Positions 26,376 through 38,200 of a stretch of 64,000 nucleotides of DNA are shown piece by piece; positions within the stretch are counted from its first letter, which is position 1, and the number at the start of each line of letters is the position of its first letter. This DNA is from Eledone cirrhosa. Its lineage: Eukaryota. The notes beneath the pieces were generated by a model, which was not told the DNA's origin, searched no databases, and worked only from the letters and a program-made list of their open reading frames with translations. The translations under genes were made by a program, and so were the position numbers. The stretch covers positions 260,400,001-260,464,000 of the forward strand of contig OZ024743.1 in assembly GCA_964016885.1 (NCBI GenBank), written 5' to 3'.

Positions 26376-27300
26376 CTGTAATTCGTACCAAATTAGAAAA
26401 TATCAATAGTATGAAGATCCTTGCGCGATTAGAGAGAACATTTCAACTTCATATAGATTATCTAGAGCAAGTTAACGGGATATGTGCGACCGCATCCATT
26501 CACCTAAATTAAATAATTTCAACCTACAGTTTGGTAAGCTGACGAACCTACTATTTAATACTTCTTGTTCTAATCACACTAATTACTAAATCTGAATTTT
26601 CTACTACACAGTCCACAGTCACCCACTTCATATCTTTGAATATTTCTACAACGCTGCTTCATGGTAAAGATATTTAGTGATTAATTTATTGATCGGAGAA
26701 AATTAGTATATATTTAATTTAATTATAAAAAATGTGTATAAAACTGTGATCCTTTAAGGTTCGATAACGGTCTGTGCTGTAAGCGACTATCTTGTTAGCC
26801 TTAATGATAACAGTGACCCTGGACTCAGCATTACAAGCTAAAGAAACATTCGCAGCGTTCTTACTGCTTACAGCAACTAGTGACCCGTACTTCATCATTG
26901 TATTTATTTATCGCTTGTGGACTGATTCATCGATGAGAGTTCAGTGTCGGCCATGAACACACTGTCGAACTAACGATCTATTATAACAACACTACAGTCA
27001 ACAATCCATATAGTTAACATACTATCAATTAGGTCATTTGCGCGCTCATATATTTTTTAATTTGATTTTTGTTTTTTGTTGTGTTAATTTTTGTTGTTGT
27101 ATTGCTTTTAGTTTTTTTTTCTATAAATTTATTTTTCTGAATAATTTAACATATATTAGGTATACCGTTTAATTTCTACCAGTGTCAGAGTTGTAAATTA
27201 ACACGCCAACAATAGCAACAGTTGTTAAATGAATGCATAATGAGCTATTTATATTTAAATAGAGATTTCTACTGATTGAATGTAATATTGATCTGTGTTA

Positions 27301-27452
27301 AGGCAGAAAATTAACAGAGTCGGTAGAATGTCGACTGAAATGTTTTGCCGTATTTTTTCTGGCTCTCTGCGCTGTCAGTTTAAATCACGCCGAGGTCAAA
27401 TTTTCATCCTTCCAAGATCGATAAATAAAGTACCACTCCAGTTCTAGAATCG
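27301..27452 (+). mobile_element. Degenerate tRNA-SINE copy
   Basis: cagagtcggtaga...gtttaaatcacgccgaggtcaa...tttcatccttccaagatcgataaataaagtacc. Confidence 0.75.
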
Positions 27453-27699
27453 ACCCTTTCTTCCTCTTTCTTCTTTCTCTGAAGTAATTAGCTGTGTACA
27501 GACTTGGAGAATGATGGGCTCTGCAAGATTTAAGTGCCCAACGTACGCCATGTATAATGATAATGACCATGATCTATCGATGAATGGGTGTGTATGTGTG
27601 TATTATGCGTGTGTGGTAACTATGTAGTACGAGTGATTTTTGTGTTTTCTTTTCTTTTTGATTTTATACACAGCAATGGTGTTTCATCTCATCCTGTAG

Positions 27700-28402
27700 T
27701 TTATAATTATTAATATCATTATTAGTCTTATTTTTATTACCTGTTGTTACTGCACTACCGAGCACAGCTCTGTGTGCCTTGGGTATGCACAGTGCTGTTT
27801 TTTTTTCCATAGTACTCTTCGTAATATGTGTGTAGTGCCTAGTAGTGTTATTTTCTGGATGCTATATATATTAGTAAATCCTGGAGTTTTGTTTAAGTAT
27901 CTGTTGGGGTTTTTCATCATTCCCAGAGCACCTATTATTATAGGAATTGTTTCTGTTTTCATCATCCACAATAGGATTATTTCTATCTCCAGATAATTAT
28001 ATTTGGATAATTTCTCCATTTCCTTGATGGATATATTGTCGTCTGTGGGGATAGATACATCAATTATAAGATACTTTTTCCTCTGTGGTTTTTTACTATA
28101 ATATTCGGTTGGCTTTGATCTTTCTGTCTGTGTGTATCAGCATATACCAGAGTATGGTTGCTTTGTCGTCATTCTCTGACACCTTTACTGGTGTATATTT
28201 GTATCGCCTATTTTCTGTTCGTATTTCGTTGTTTTTGGATAACTTCCAGTGTATGTGAATCCCAACTCCATCATGCCTGCGGATATATACGTTTTTGGTT
28301 CAGACTGAACTGGTAAAGATAATGTGGTTAATTGGTTCTTCCCCATCATCACATATGCTGCAGTTAATTAGTGGGTGCTCCTTCATTATATATTTCTGGT
28401 GG
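27700..28402 (-). mobile_element. 5'-truncated, disabled RLE-type non-LTR retrotransposon (Dong/R4-like): CCHC knuckle, restriction-like endonuclease, 3' UTR
   Basis: Translation CSICDDGEEPINHII..*..YIRRHDGVGIHIHWKL...ATILW..IHTDRKIKANR/frameshift/IIV..KKYLIIDVSIPTDDNISIKEMEKLSKYNYLEIEI..LW..KTETIPIIIGALG...IQKITLLGTTHILRRVL; has a stop and a frameshift; flanked by TAA-type repeats. Confidence 0.9.
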
Positions 28403-28454
28403 TTATTATTATTATTAGGGAAGTGGATTGGGATTATCGGTAGATAATCCGGAA

Positions 28455-28650
28455 TTCGACCTTGATCTTGGTCGTGACCATTATCACGATTCTGGTCCTG
28501 AAATTTATCTTAATCCTGAACCTGATCCCGATCATGACATGATCATGATCCTGTAATGTTCTTGACTCTCTTCCTGACTCGGATCTTGATCCTGAACATG
28601 ACCCTGATCGTGACCTTGATTCTCACCCAGATCATCTTGTTATTCCTTGA
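28455..28650. repeat. Highly degenerate hexamer repeat (GAYCCT/GAYCTT)
   Basis: gaccttgatctt...cctgaacctgatcccgatcatgac...cttgatcctgaacatgaccctgatcgtgaccttgat. Confidence 0.7.
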
Positions 28651-29219
28651 GACATTAACAGAAAACATATTTGAATTTCGAGGTCGAATGTCTTATATAT
28701 GAATATCTAATATGTAAATCTTGTCTCACACAAACACTACAAAATACACGAACACTAGCTCATACACATACTTTGACTACTACACTCGCACATACACACG
28801 TACACTGTCGCATTCCCCCAAACGATCACACATACTTTGACTCCCACACACAGACACACATATAGAAAAGCACAATCACACATGAATGCTCAAACTTCTG
28901 TATAACTACAGATATAATCATATATTACATAAGCAATTGGTTGCTGCGATTTCATGCATCTTCTCTACGAACAGAAGCATTAGCTATGGAAATACATGCG
29001 ACCCCGACAGGGAGACGAAACTACATTTATTAAGGATAATGTAATCAATGTTACACGGACAAGACAGCTTGACAGTAAATATGTATTGACACGATATAAA
29101 GATAGACAAATAACGAAAGCGGAAAACTTGTGGAGAGATAGAGAGGATGTCATACCGCAAATACAAATAATATTTAGTCTCCAAAATTACTGCAAAACAC
29201 GTCATTGTTGACCATATTA

Positions 29220-32200
29220 TGGTGCTGTGTAATGTAGTGATGTGTAATATAGGGATGTGTGCTGTAGAGATCTGTACTGCAGTGGTGTGTTTTGTAGCGT
29301 TGTGTATTGTGGTGTAGTGTTATGTAGTGTTGTGTAATGTAGCGTTGTGTACTGTAGTGTTGTGTACTGTAGTGTTGTGTACTGTAGTGTTGTCTAGTGT
29401 AGTGTTGTGTAATGTAGCGTTGTGTACTGTAGTGTTGTGTACTGTAGTGTTGTCTAGTGTAGTGTTGTGTAATGTAGTGTTGTGTACTGTAGTGTTGTGT
29501 ACTGTAGTGTTGTCTAGTGTAGTGTTGTGTAATGTAGCGTTGTGTACTGTAGTGTTGTGTACTGTAGTGTTGTGTAATGTAGTGTTGTGTACTGTAGTGT
29601 TGTGTACTGTAGTGTTGTGTACTGTAGTGTTGTCTAGTGTAGTGTTGTGTACTGTAGTGTTGTGTAATGTAGCGTTGTGTACTGTAGTGGTGTGTACTGT
29701 AGTGTTGTGTAATGAGGTGTTGTGTACTGTAGTGTTGTCTAGTGTAGTGTTGTGTAATGTAGCGTTGTGTACTGTAGTGTTGTGTACTGTAGTGTTGTGT
29801 ACTGTAGTGTTGTGTAATTAGGTGTTGTGTACTGTAGTGTTGTGTACTGTAGTGTTGCGTACTGTAGTGTTGTGTAATGTAGTGTTGTGTAATGTGGCGT
29901 TGTGTACTGTAGTGTTGTGTAATGTAGTGTTGTGTAATGTAGTGTTGTGTAATGTGGTGTTGTGTACTGTAGTGTTGTGTAATGTAGTGTTGTGTACTGT
30001 AGTGTTGTCTAGTGCAGTGTTGTGTAATGTAGTGTTGTGTACTGTAGTGTTGTGTACTGTAGTGTTGTGTAATGTGATGTTGTGTACTGTAGTGTTGTGT
30101 ACTGTAGTGTTGTCTAGTGTAGTGTTGTGTAATGTAGCGTTGTGTACTGTAGTGTTGTGTAATGTAGTGTTGTGTACTGTAGTGTTGTGTACTGTAGTGT
30201 TGTGTACTGTAGTGTTGTGTAATGTGGTGTTGTGTACTGTAGTGTTGTGTACTGTGGTGTTGTGTACTGTAGTGTTGTGTAATGTAGTGTTGTGTACTGT
30301 AGTGTTGTGTACTGTAGTGTTGTCTAGTGTAGTGTTGTGTAATGTAGTGTTGTGTACTGTAGTGTTGTGTACTGTAGTGTTGTGTACTGTAGTGTTGTGT
30401 ACTGTAGTGTTGTGTAATGTAGTGTTGTGTACTGTAGTGTTGTCTAGTGTAGTGTTGTGTACTGTAGTGTTGTGTAATGTAGTGTTGTGTACTGTAGTGT
30501 TGTGTACTGTAGTGTTGTGTACTGTAGTGTTGTGTACTGTAGTGTTGATTACTGTAGTGTTGTGTACTGTAGTGTTGTCTAGTGTAGTGTTGTGTAATGT
30601 AGTGTTGTGTACTGTAGTTTTGTGTACTGTAGTGTTGTGTACTGTAGTGTTGTGTACTGTAGTGTTGTGTACTGTAGTGTTATGTAATGTGGTGTTGTGT
30701 ACTGTAGTGTTGTGTACTGTAGTGTTGTGTACTGTAGTGTCGTGTACTGTAGTGTTGTGTACTGTAGTGTTGTGTAATTTGGTGTTGTGTACTGTAGTGT
30801 TGTGTACTGTATTGTTGTGTACTGTAGTGTTGTCTAGTGTAGTGTTGTGTAACGTAGTGTTGTGTACTGTAGTGTTGTCTAGTGTAGTGTTGTGTAATGT
30901 AGTGTTTCTTACTGTAGTGTAGTGTACTGTAGTGTTGTGTACTGTAGTGTTGTGTAATGTAGTGTTGTGTACTGTAGTGTTGTCTAGTGTAGTGTTGTGT
31001 ACTGTAGTGTTGTGTACTGTAGTGTTGTCTAGTGTAGTGTTGTGTACTGTAGTGTTGTGTATGTAGTGTTGTCTAGTGTAGTGTTGTGTAATGTAGTGTT
31101 GTGTACTGTAGTGTTTTGTACTGTAGTGTTGTGTAATGTAGTGTTGTGTAATGTAGTGTTGTGTACTGTAGTGTTGTGTACTGTAGTGTTGTGTAATGTA
31201 GTGTTGTGTACTGTAGTGTTGTGTACTGTAGTGTTGTGTATTGTAGTGTTGTGTACTGTAGTGTTGTCTAGTGTAGTGTTGTGTACTGTAGTGTTGTGTA
31301 ATGTAGTGTTGTGTACTGTAGTGTTGTGTACTGTAGTGTTGTCTAGTGTAGTGTTGTGTAATGTAGTGTTGTGTAATGTAGTGTTGTATACTGTAGTGTT
31401 GTGTACTGTAGTGTTGTCTAGTGTAGTGTTGTGTAATGTAGTATTTTGTACTGTAGTGTTGTGTAATGTAGTGTTGTGTACTGTAGTGTTTTGTACTGTA
31501 GTGTTGTGTAATGTAGTGTTGTGTACTGTAGTGTTGTGTACTGTAGTGTTGTGTAATTTAGTGTAGTGTACTGTAGTGTTGTGTACTGTAGAGTTGTGTA
31601 CTGTAGTGTTGTGTACTGTAGTGTTGTCTAGTGTAGTGTTGTGTACTGTAGTGTTGTGTAATGTAGTGTTGTGTACTGTAGTGTTGTGTACTGTAGTGTT
31701 GTCTAGTGTAGTGTTGTGTAATGTAGTGTTGTGTAATGTAGTGTTGAGTACTGTAGTGTTGTGTACTGTAGTGTTGTCTAGTGTAGTGTTGTGTACTGTA
31801 GTGTTGTCTAGTGTAGTTTTGTGTACTGTAGTGTTGTCTAGTGTAGTGTTGTGTACTGTAGTGTTGTGTACTGTAGTGTTGTGTACTGTAGTGTTGTGTA
31901 CTGTAGTGTTGTCTAGTGTAGTGTTGTGTACTGTAGTGGTGTGTACTGTAGTGTTGTGTACTGTAGTGTTGTGTACTGTAGTGTTGTGTACTGTAGTGTT
32001 GTCTAGTGTAGTGTTGTGTACTGTAGTGTTGTGTACTGTAGTGTTGTGTACTGTAGTGTTGTGTAATGTAGTGTTGTATACTGTAGTGTTGTCTAGTGTA
32101 GTGTTGTGTAATGTAGTGTTGTGTACTGTAGTGTTGTGTAATGTAGTGTTGTGTACTGTAGTGTTGTGTACTGTAGTGTTGTGTACTGTAGTGTTGTCTA

Positions 32201-35200
32201 GTGTAGTGTTGTGTAATGTAGCGTTGTGTACTGTAGTGTTGTGTACTGTAGTGTTGTGTACTGTAGTGTTGTCTAGTGTAGTGTTGTGTAATGTAGTGTT
32301 CTGTACTGTAGTGTTGTGTACTGTAGTGTTGTGTACTGTAGTGTTGTGTACTGTAGTGTTGTGTAATGTAGTGTTGTGTACTGTAGTGTTGTGTACTGTA
32401 GTGTTGTGTACTGTAGTGTTGTCTAGTGTAGTGTTGTGTAATGTAGTGTTGTGTACTGTAGTGTTGTCTAGTGTAATGTTGTGTAATGTAGTGTTGTGTA
32501 CTGTAGTGTTGTGTACTGTAGTGTTGTGTACTGTAGTGTTGTGTAATGTAGTGTTGTGTACTGTAGTGTTGTCTAGTGTAGTGTTGTGTACTGTAGTGTT
32601 GTGTACTGTAGTGTTGTCTAGTGTAGTGTTGTGTACTGTAGTGTTGTGTACTGTAGTGTTCTGTACTGTAGTGTTGTGTACTGTAGTGTTGTCTAGTGTA
32701 GTGTTGTATACTGTAGTGTTGTGTAATGTAGTGTTGTGTACTGTAGTGTTGTCTAGTGTAGTGTTGTGTAATGTAGTATTTTGTACTGTAGTGTTGTGTA
32801 ATGTAGTGTTGTGTACTGTAGTGTTGTGTAATGTAGTGTTGTGTACTGTAGTGTTGTGTACTGTAGAGTTGTGTACTGTAGTGTTGTGTACTGTAGTGTT
32901 GTCTAGGGTAGTGTTGTGTACTGTAGTGTTGTGTAATGTAGTGTTGTGTACTGTAGTGTTGTGTAGTGTAGTGTTGTCTAGTGTAGTGTTGTGTAAAGTA
33001 GTGTTGTGTAATGTAGTGTTGTGTACTGTAGTGTTGTGTACTGTAGTGTTGTCTAGTGTAGTGTTGTGTACTGTAGTGTTGTCTAGTGTAGTGTTGTGTA
33101 CTGTAGTGTTGTCTAGTGTAGTGTTGTGTACTGTAGTGTTGTGTACTGTAGTGTTGTGTACTGTAGTGTTGTGTACTGTAGTGTTGTCTAGTGTAGTGTT
33201 GTGTACTGTAGTGGTGTGTACTGTAGTGTTGTGTACTGTAGTGTTGTGTACTGTAGTGTTGTGTACTGTAGTGTTGTTTAGTGTAGTGTTGTGTACTGTA
33301 GTGTTGTGTACTGTAGTGTTGTGTACTGTAGTGTTGTGTACTGTAGTGTTGTGTAATGTAGTGTTGTATACTGTAGTGTTGTCTAGTGTAGTGTTGTGTA
33401 ATGTAGTGTTGTGTACTGTAGTGTTGTGTAATGTAGTGTTGTGTACTGTAGTGTTGTGTACTGTAGTGTTGTCTAGTGTAGTGTTGTGTAATGTAGCGTT
33501 GTGTACTGTAGTGTTGTGTACTGTAGTGTTGTGTACTGTAGTGTTGTGTAATTCGGTGTTGTGTACTGTAGTGTTGTGTACTGTATTGTTGTGTACTGTA
33601 GTGTTGTGTACTGTAGTGTTGTGTACTGTAGTGTTGTCTAGTGTAGTGTTGTGTAATGTAGTGTTGTGTAATGTAGTGTTGTCTAGTGTAATGTTGTGTA
33701 ATGTAGTGTTGTGTACTGTAGTGTTGTGTACTGTAGTGTTGTGTACTGTAGTGTTGTGTAATGTAGTGTTGTGTACTGTAGTGTTGTCTAGTGTAGTGTT
33801 GTGTACTGTAGTGTTGTGTACTGTAGTGTTGTCTAGTGTAGTGTTGTGTAATGTAGCGTTGTGTACTGTAGTGTTGTGTACTGTAGTGTTGTGTACTGTA
33901 GTGTTGTCTAGTGTAGTGTTGTGTAATGTAGCGTTGTGTACTGTAGTGTTGTGTACTGTAGTGTTGTGTACTGTAGTGTTGTGTAATTCGGTGTTGTGTA
34001 CTGTAGTGTTGTGTACTGTATTGTTGTGTACTGTAGTGTTGTGTAATGTAGTGTTGTGTAATGTGGTGTTGTGTACTGTAGTGTTGTGTAATGTAGTGTT
34101 GTGTAATGTAGTGTTGTGTAATGTGGTGTTGTGTACTGTAGTGTTGTGTAATGTAGTGTTGTGTACTGTAGTGTTGTCTAGTGCAGTGTTGTGTAATGTA
34201 GTGTTGTGTACTGTAGTGTTGTGTACTGTAGTGTTGTGTAATGTGATGTTGTGTACTGTAATGTTGTGTACTGTAGTGTTGTCTAGTGTAGTGTTGTGTA
34301 ATGTAGCGTTGTGTACTGTAGTGTTGTGTAATGTAGTGTTGTGTATTGTAGTGTTGTGTACTGTAGTGTTGTGTACTGTAGTGTTGTGTAATGTGGTGTT
34401 GTGTACTGTAGTGTTGTGTACTGTGGTGTTGTGTACTGTAGTGTTGTGTAATGTAGTGTTGTGTACTGTAGTGTTGTGTACTGTAGTGTTGTCTAGTGTA
34501 GTGTTGTGTAATGTAGTGTTGTGTACTGTAGTGTTGTCTAGTGTAGTGTTGTGTACTGTAGTGTTGTGTACTGTAGTGTTGTCTAGTGTAGTGTTGTATA
34601 CTGTAGTGTTGTGTACTGTAGTGTTGTGTACTGAAGTGTTGTGTACTGTAGTGTTGTGTACTGTAGTGTTGTCTAGTGTAGTGTTGTGTAATGTAGTGTT
34701 GTGTACTGTAGTTTTGTGTACTGTAGTGTTGTGTACTGTAGTGTTGTGTACTGTAGTGTTGTGTACTGTAGTGTTATGTAATGTGGTGTTGTGTACTGTA
34801 GTGTTGTGTACTGTAGTGTTGTGTACTGTAGTGTTGTGTACTGTAGTGTTGTGTACTGTAGTGTTGTGTAATGTGGTGTTGTGTACTGTAGTGTTGTGTA
34901 CTGTAGTGTTGTGTACTGTAGTGTTGTCTAGTGTAGTGTTGTGTAACGTAGTGTTGTGTACTGTAGTGTTGTCTAGTGTAGTGTTGTGTAATGTAGTGTT
35001 GTGTACTGTAGTGTTGTGTACTGTAGTGTTGTGTACTGTAGTGTTGGGTACTGTAGTGTTGTGTACTGTAGTGTTGTGTACTGTAGTGTTGTGTACTGTA
35101 GTGTTGTGTAATGTGGTGTTGTGTACTGTAGTGTTGTGTACTGTGGTGTTGTGTACTGTAGTGTTGTGTAATGTAGTGTTGTGTACTGTAGTGTTGTGTA

Positions 35201-38200
35201 CTGTAGTGTTGTCTAGTGTAGTGTTGTGTAATGTAGTGTTGTGTACTGTAGTGTTGTGTACTGTAGTGTTGTGTACTGTAGTGTTGTGTACTGTAGTGTT
35301 GTGTAATGTAGTGTTGTGTACTGTAGTGTTGTCTAGTGTAGTGTTGTGTACTGTAGTGTTGTGTACTGTAGTGTTGTGTACTGTAGTGTTGTGTACTGTA
35401 GTGTTGTGTACTGTAGTGTTGTTTACTGTAGTGTTGTGTACTGTAGTGTTGTGTACTGTAGTGTTGTCTAGTGTAGTGTTGTGTAATGTAGTGTTGTGTA
35501 CTGTAGTTTTGTGTACTGTAGTGTTGTGTACTGTAGTGTTGTGTACTGTAGTGTTGTGTACTGTAGTGTTGTGTAATGTGGTGTTGTGTACTGTAGTGTT
35601 GTGTACTGTAGTGTTGTGTACTGTAGTGTTGTGTACTGTAGTGTTGTGTACTGTAGTGTTGTGTAATTTGGTGTTGTGTACTGTAGTGTTATGTACTGTA
35701 TTGTTGTGTACTGTAGTGTTGTCTAGTGTAGTGTTGTGTAACGTAGTGTTGTGTACTGTAGTGTTGTCTAGTGTAGTGTTGTGTAATGTAGTGTTTCTTA
35801 CTGTAGTGTTGTGTACTGTAGTGTTGTGTACTGTAGTGTTGTGTAATGTAGTGTTGTGTACTGTAGTGTTGTCTAGTGTAGTGTTGTGTACTGTAGTGTT
35901 GTGTACTGTAGTGTTGTCTAGTGTAGTGTTGTGTACTGTAGTGTTGTGTATGTAGTGTTCTGTACTGTTGTGTTGTGTACTGTAGTGTTGTCTAGTGTAG
36001 TGTTGTGTAATGTAGTGTTGTGTACTGTAGTGTTTTGTACTGTAGTGTTGTGTAATGTAGTGTTGTGTACTGTAGTGTTGTGTAATGTAGTGTTGTGTAA
36101 TGTAGTGTTGTGTACTGTAGTGTTGTGTACTGTAGTGTTGTGTATTGTAGTGTTGTGTACTGTAGTGTTGTCTAGTGTAGTGTTGTGTACTGTAGTGTTG
36201 TGTAATGTAGTGTTGTGTACTGTAGTGTTGTGTACTGTAGTGTTGACTAGTGTAGTGTTATGTAATGTAGTGTTGTGTAATGTAGTGTTGTGCACTGTAG
36301 TGTTGTGTACTGTAGTGTTGTCTAGTGTAGTGTTGTGTACTGTAGTGTTGTCTAGTGTAGTGTTGTGTACTGTAGTGTTGTCTAGTGTAGTGTTGTGTAC
36401 TGTAGTGTTGTGTACTGTAGTGTTGTGTACTGTAGTGTTGTGTACTGTAGTGTTGTCTAGTGTAGTGTTGTGTACTGTAGTGGTGTGTACTGTAGTGTTG
36501 TGTACTGTAGTGTTGTGTACTGTAGTGTTGTGTACTGTAGTGTTGTCTAGTGTAGTGTTGTGTACTGTAGTGTTGTGTACTGTAGTGTTGTGTACTGTAG
36601 TGTTGTGTACTGTAGTGTTGTGTAATGTAGTGTTGTATACTGTAGTGTTGTCTAGTGTAGTGTTGTGTAATGTAGTGTTGTGTACTGTAGTGTTGTGTAA
36701 TGTAGTGTTGTGTACTGTAGTGTTGTCTAGTGTAGTGTTGTGTAATGTAGTATTTTGTACTGTAGTGTTGTGTAATGTAGTGTTGTGTACTGTAGTGTTG
36801 TGTAATGTAGTGTTGTGTACTGTAGTATTGTGTACTGTAGTGTTGTGTAATGTAGTGTTGTGTATTGTAGTGTTGTGTACTGTAGAGTTGTGTACTGTAG
36901 TGTTGTGTACTGTAGTGTTGTCTAGTGTAGTGTTGTGTACTGTAGTGTTGTGTAATGTAGTGTTGTGTACTGTAGTGTTGTGTAGTGTAGTGTTGTCTAG
37001 TGTAGTGTTGTGTAAAGTAGTGTTGTGTAATGTAGTGTTGTGTACTGTAGTGTTGTGTACTGTAGTGTTCTCTAGTGTAGTGTTGTGTACTGTAGTGTTG
37101 TGTACTGTAGTGTTGTGTACTGTAGTGTTGTGTACTGTAGTGTTGTCTAGTGTAGTGTTGTGTACTGTAGTGTTGTGTACTGTAGTGTTGTTTAGTGTAG
37201 TGTTGTGTACTGTAGTCTTGTGTACTGTAGTGTTGTGTACTGTAGTGTTGTATACTGTAGTGTTGTCTAGTGTAGTGTTGTGTAATGTAGCGTTGTGTAC
37301 TGTAGTGTTGTGTACTGTAGTGTTGTGTACTGTAGTGTTGTGTAATTAGGTGTTGTGTACTGTAGTGTTGTGTACTGTAGTGTTGTGTACTGTAGTGTTG
37401 TGTACTGTAGTGTTGTGTACCGTAGTGTTGTTTAGTGTAGTGTTGTGTACTGTAGTGTTGTGTACTGTAGTGTTGTGTACTGTAGTGTTGTGTACTGTAG
37501 TGTTGTGTAATGTAGTGTTGTATACTGTAGTGTTGTCTAGTGTAGTGTTGTGTAATGTAGTGTTGTGTACTGTAGTGTTGTGTAATGTAGTGTTGTGTAC
37601 TGTAGTGTTGTGTACTGTAGTGTTGTGTACTGTAGTGTTGTCTAGTGTAGTGTTGTGTAATGTAGCGTTGTGTACTGTAGTGTTGTGTACTGTAGTGTTG
37701 TGTACTGTAGTGTTGTCTAGTGTAGTGTTGTGTAACGTAGCTTTGTGTACTGTAGTGTTGTGTACTGTAGTGTTGTGTACTGTAGTGTTGTGTAATTAGG
37801 TGTTGTGTACTGTAGTGTTGTGTACTGTAGTGTTGTGTACTGTAGTGTTGTGTAATGTAGTGTTGTGTAATGGGGTGTTGTGTACTGTAGTGTTGTCTAA
37901 TGTAGTGTTGTGTAATGTAGTGTTGTATAATGTGGTGTTGTGTACTGTAGTGTTGTGTAATGTAGTGTTGTGTACTGTAGTGTTGTCTAGTGCAGTGTTG
38001 TGTAATGTAGTGTTGTGTACTGTAGTGTTGTGTACTGTAGTGTTGTGTAATGTGATATTGTGTACTGTAGTGTTGTGTACTGTAGTGTTGTCTAGTGTAG
38101 TGTTGTGTAATGTAGCGTTGTGTACTGTAGTGTTGTGTAATGTAGTGTTGTGTATTGTAGTGTTGTGTACTGTAGTGTTTTGTACTGTAGTGTTGTGTAA

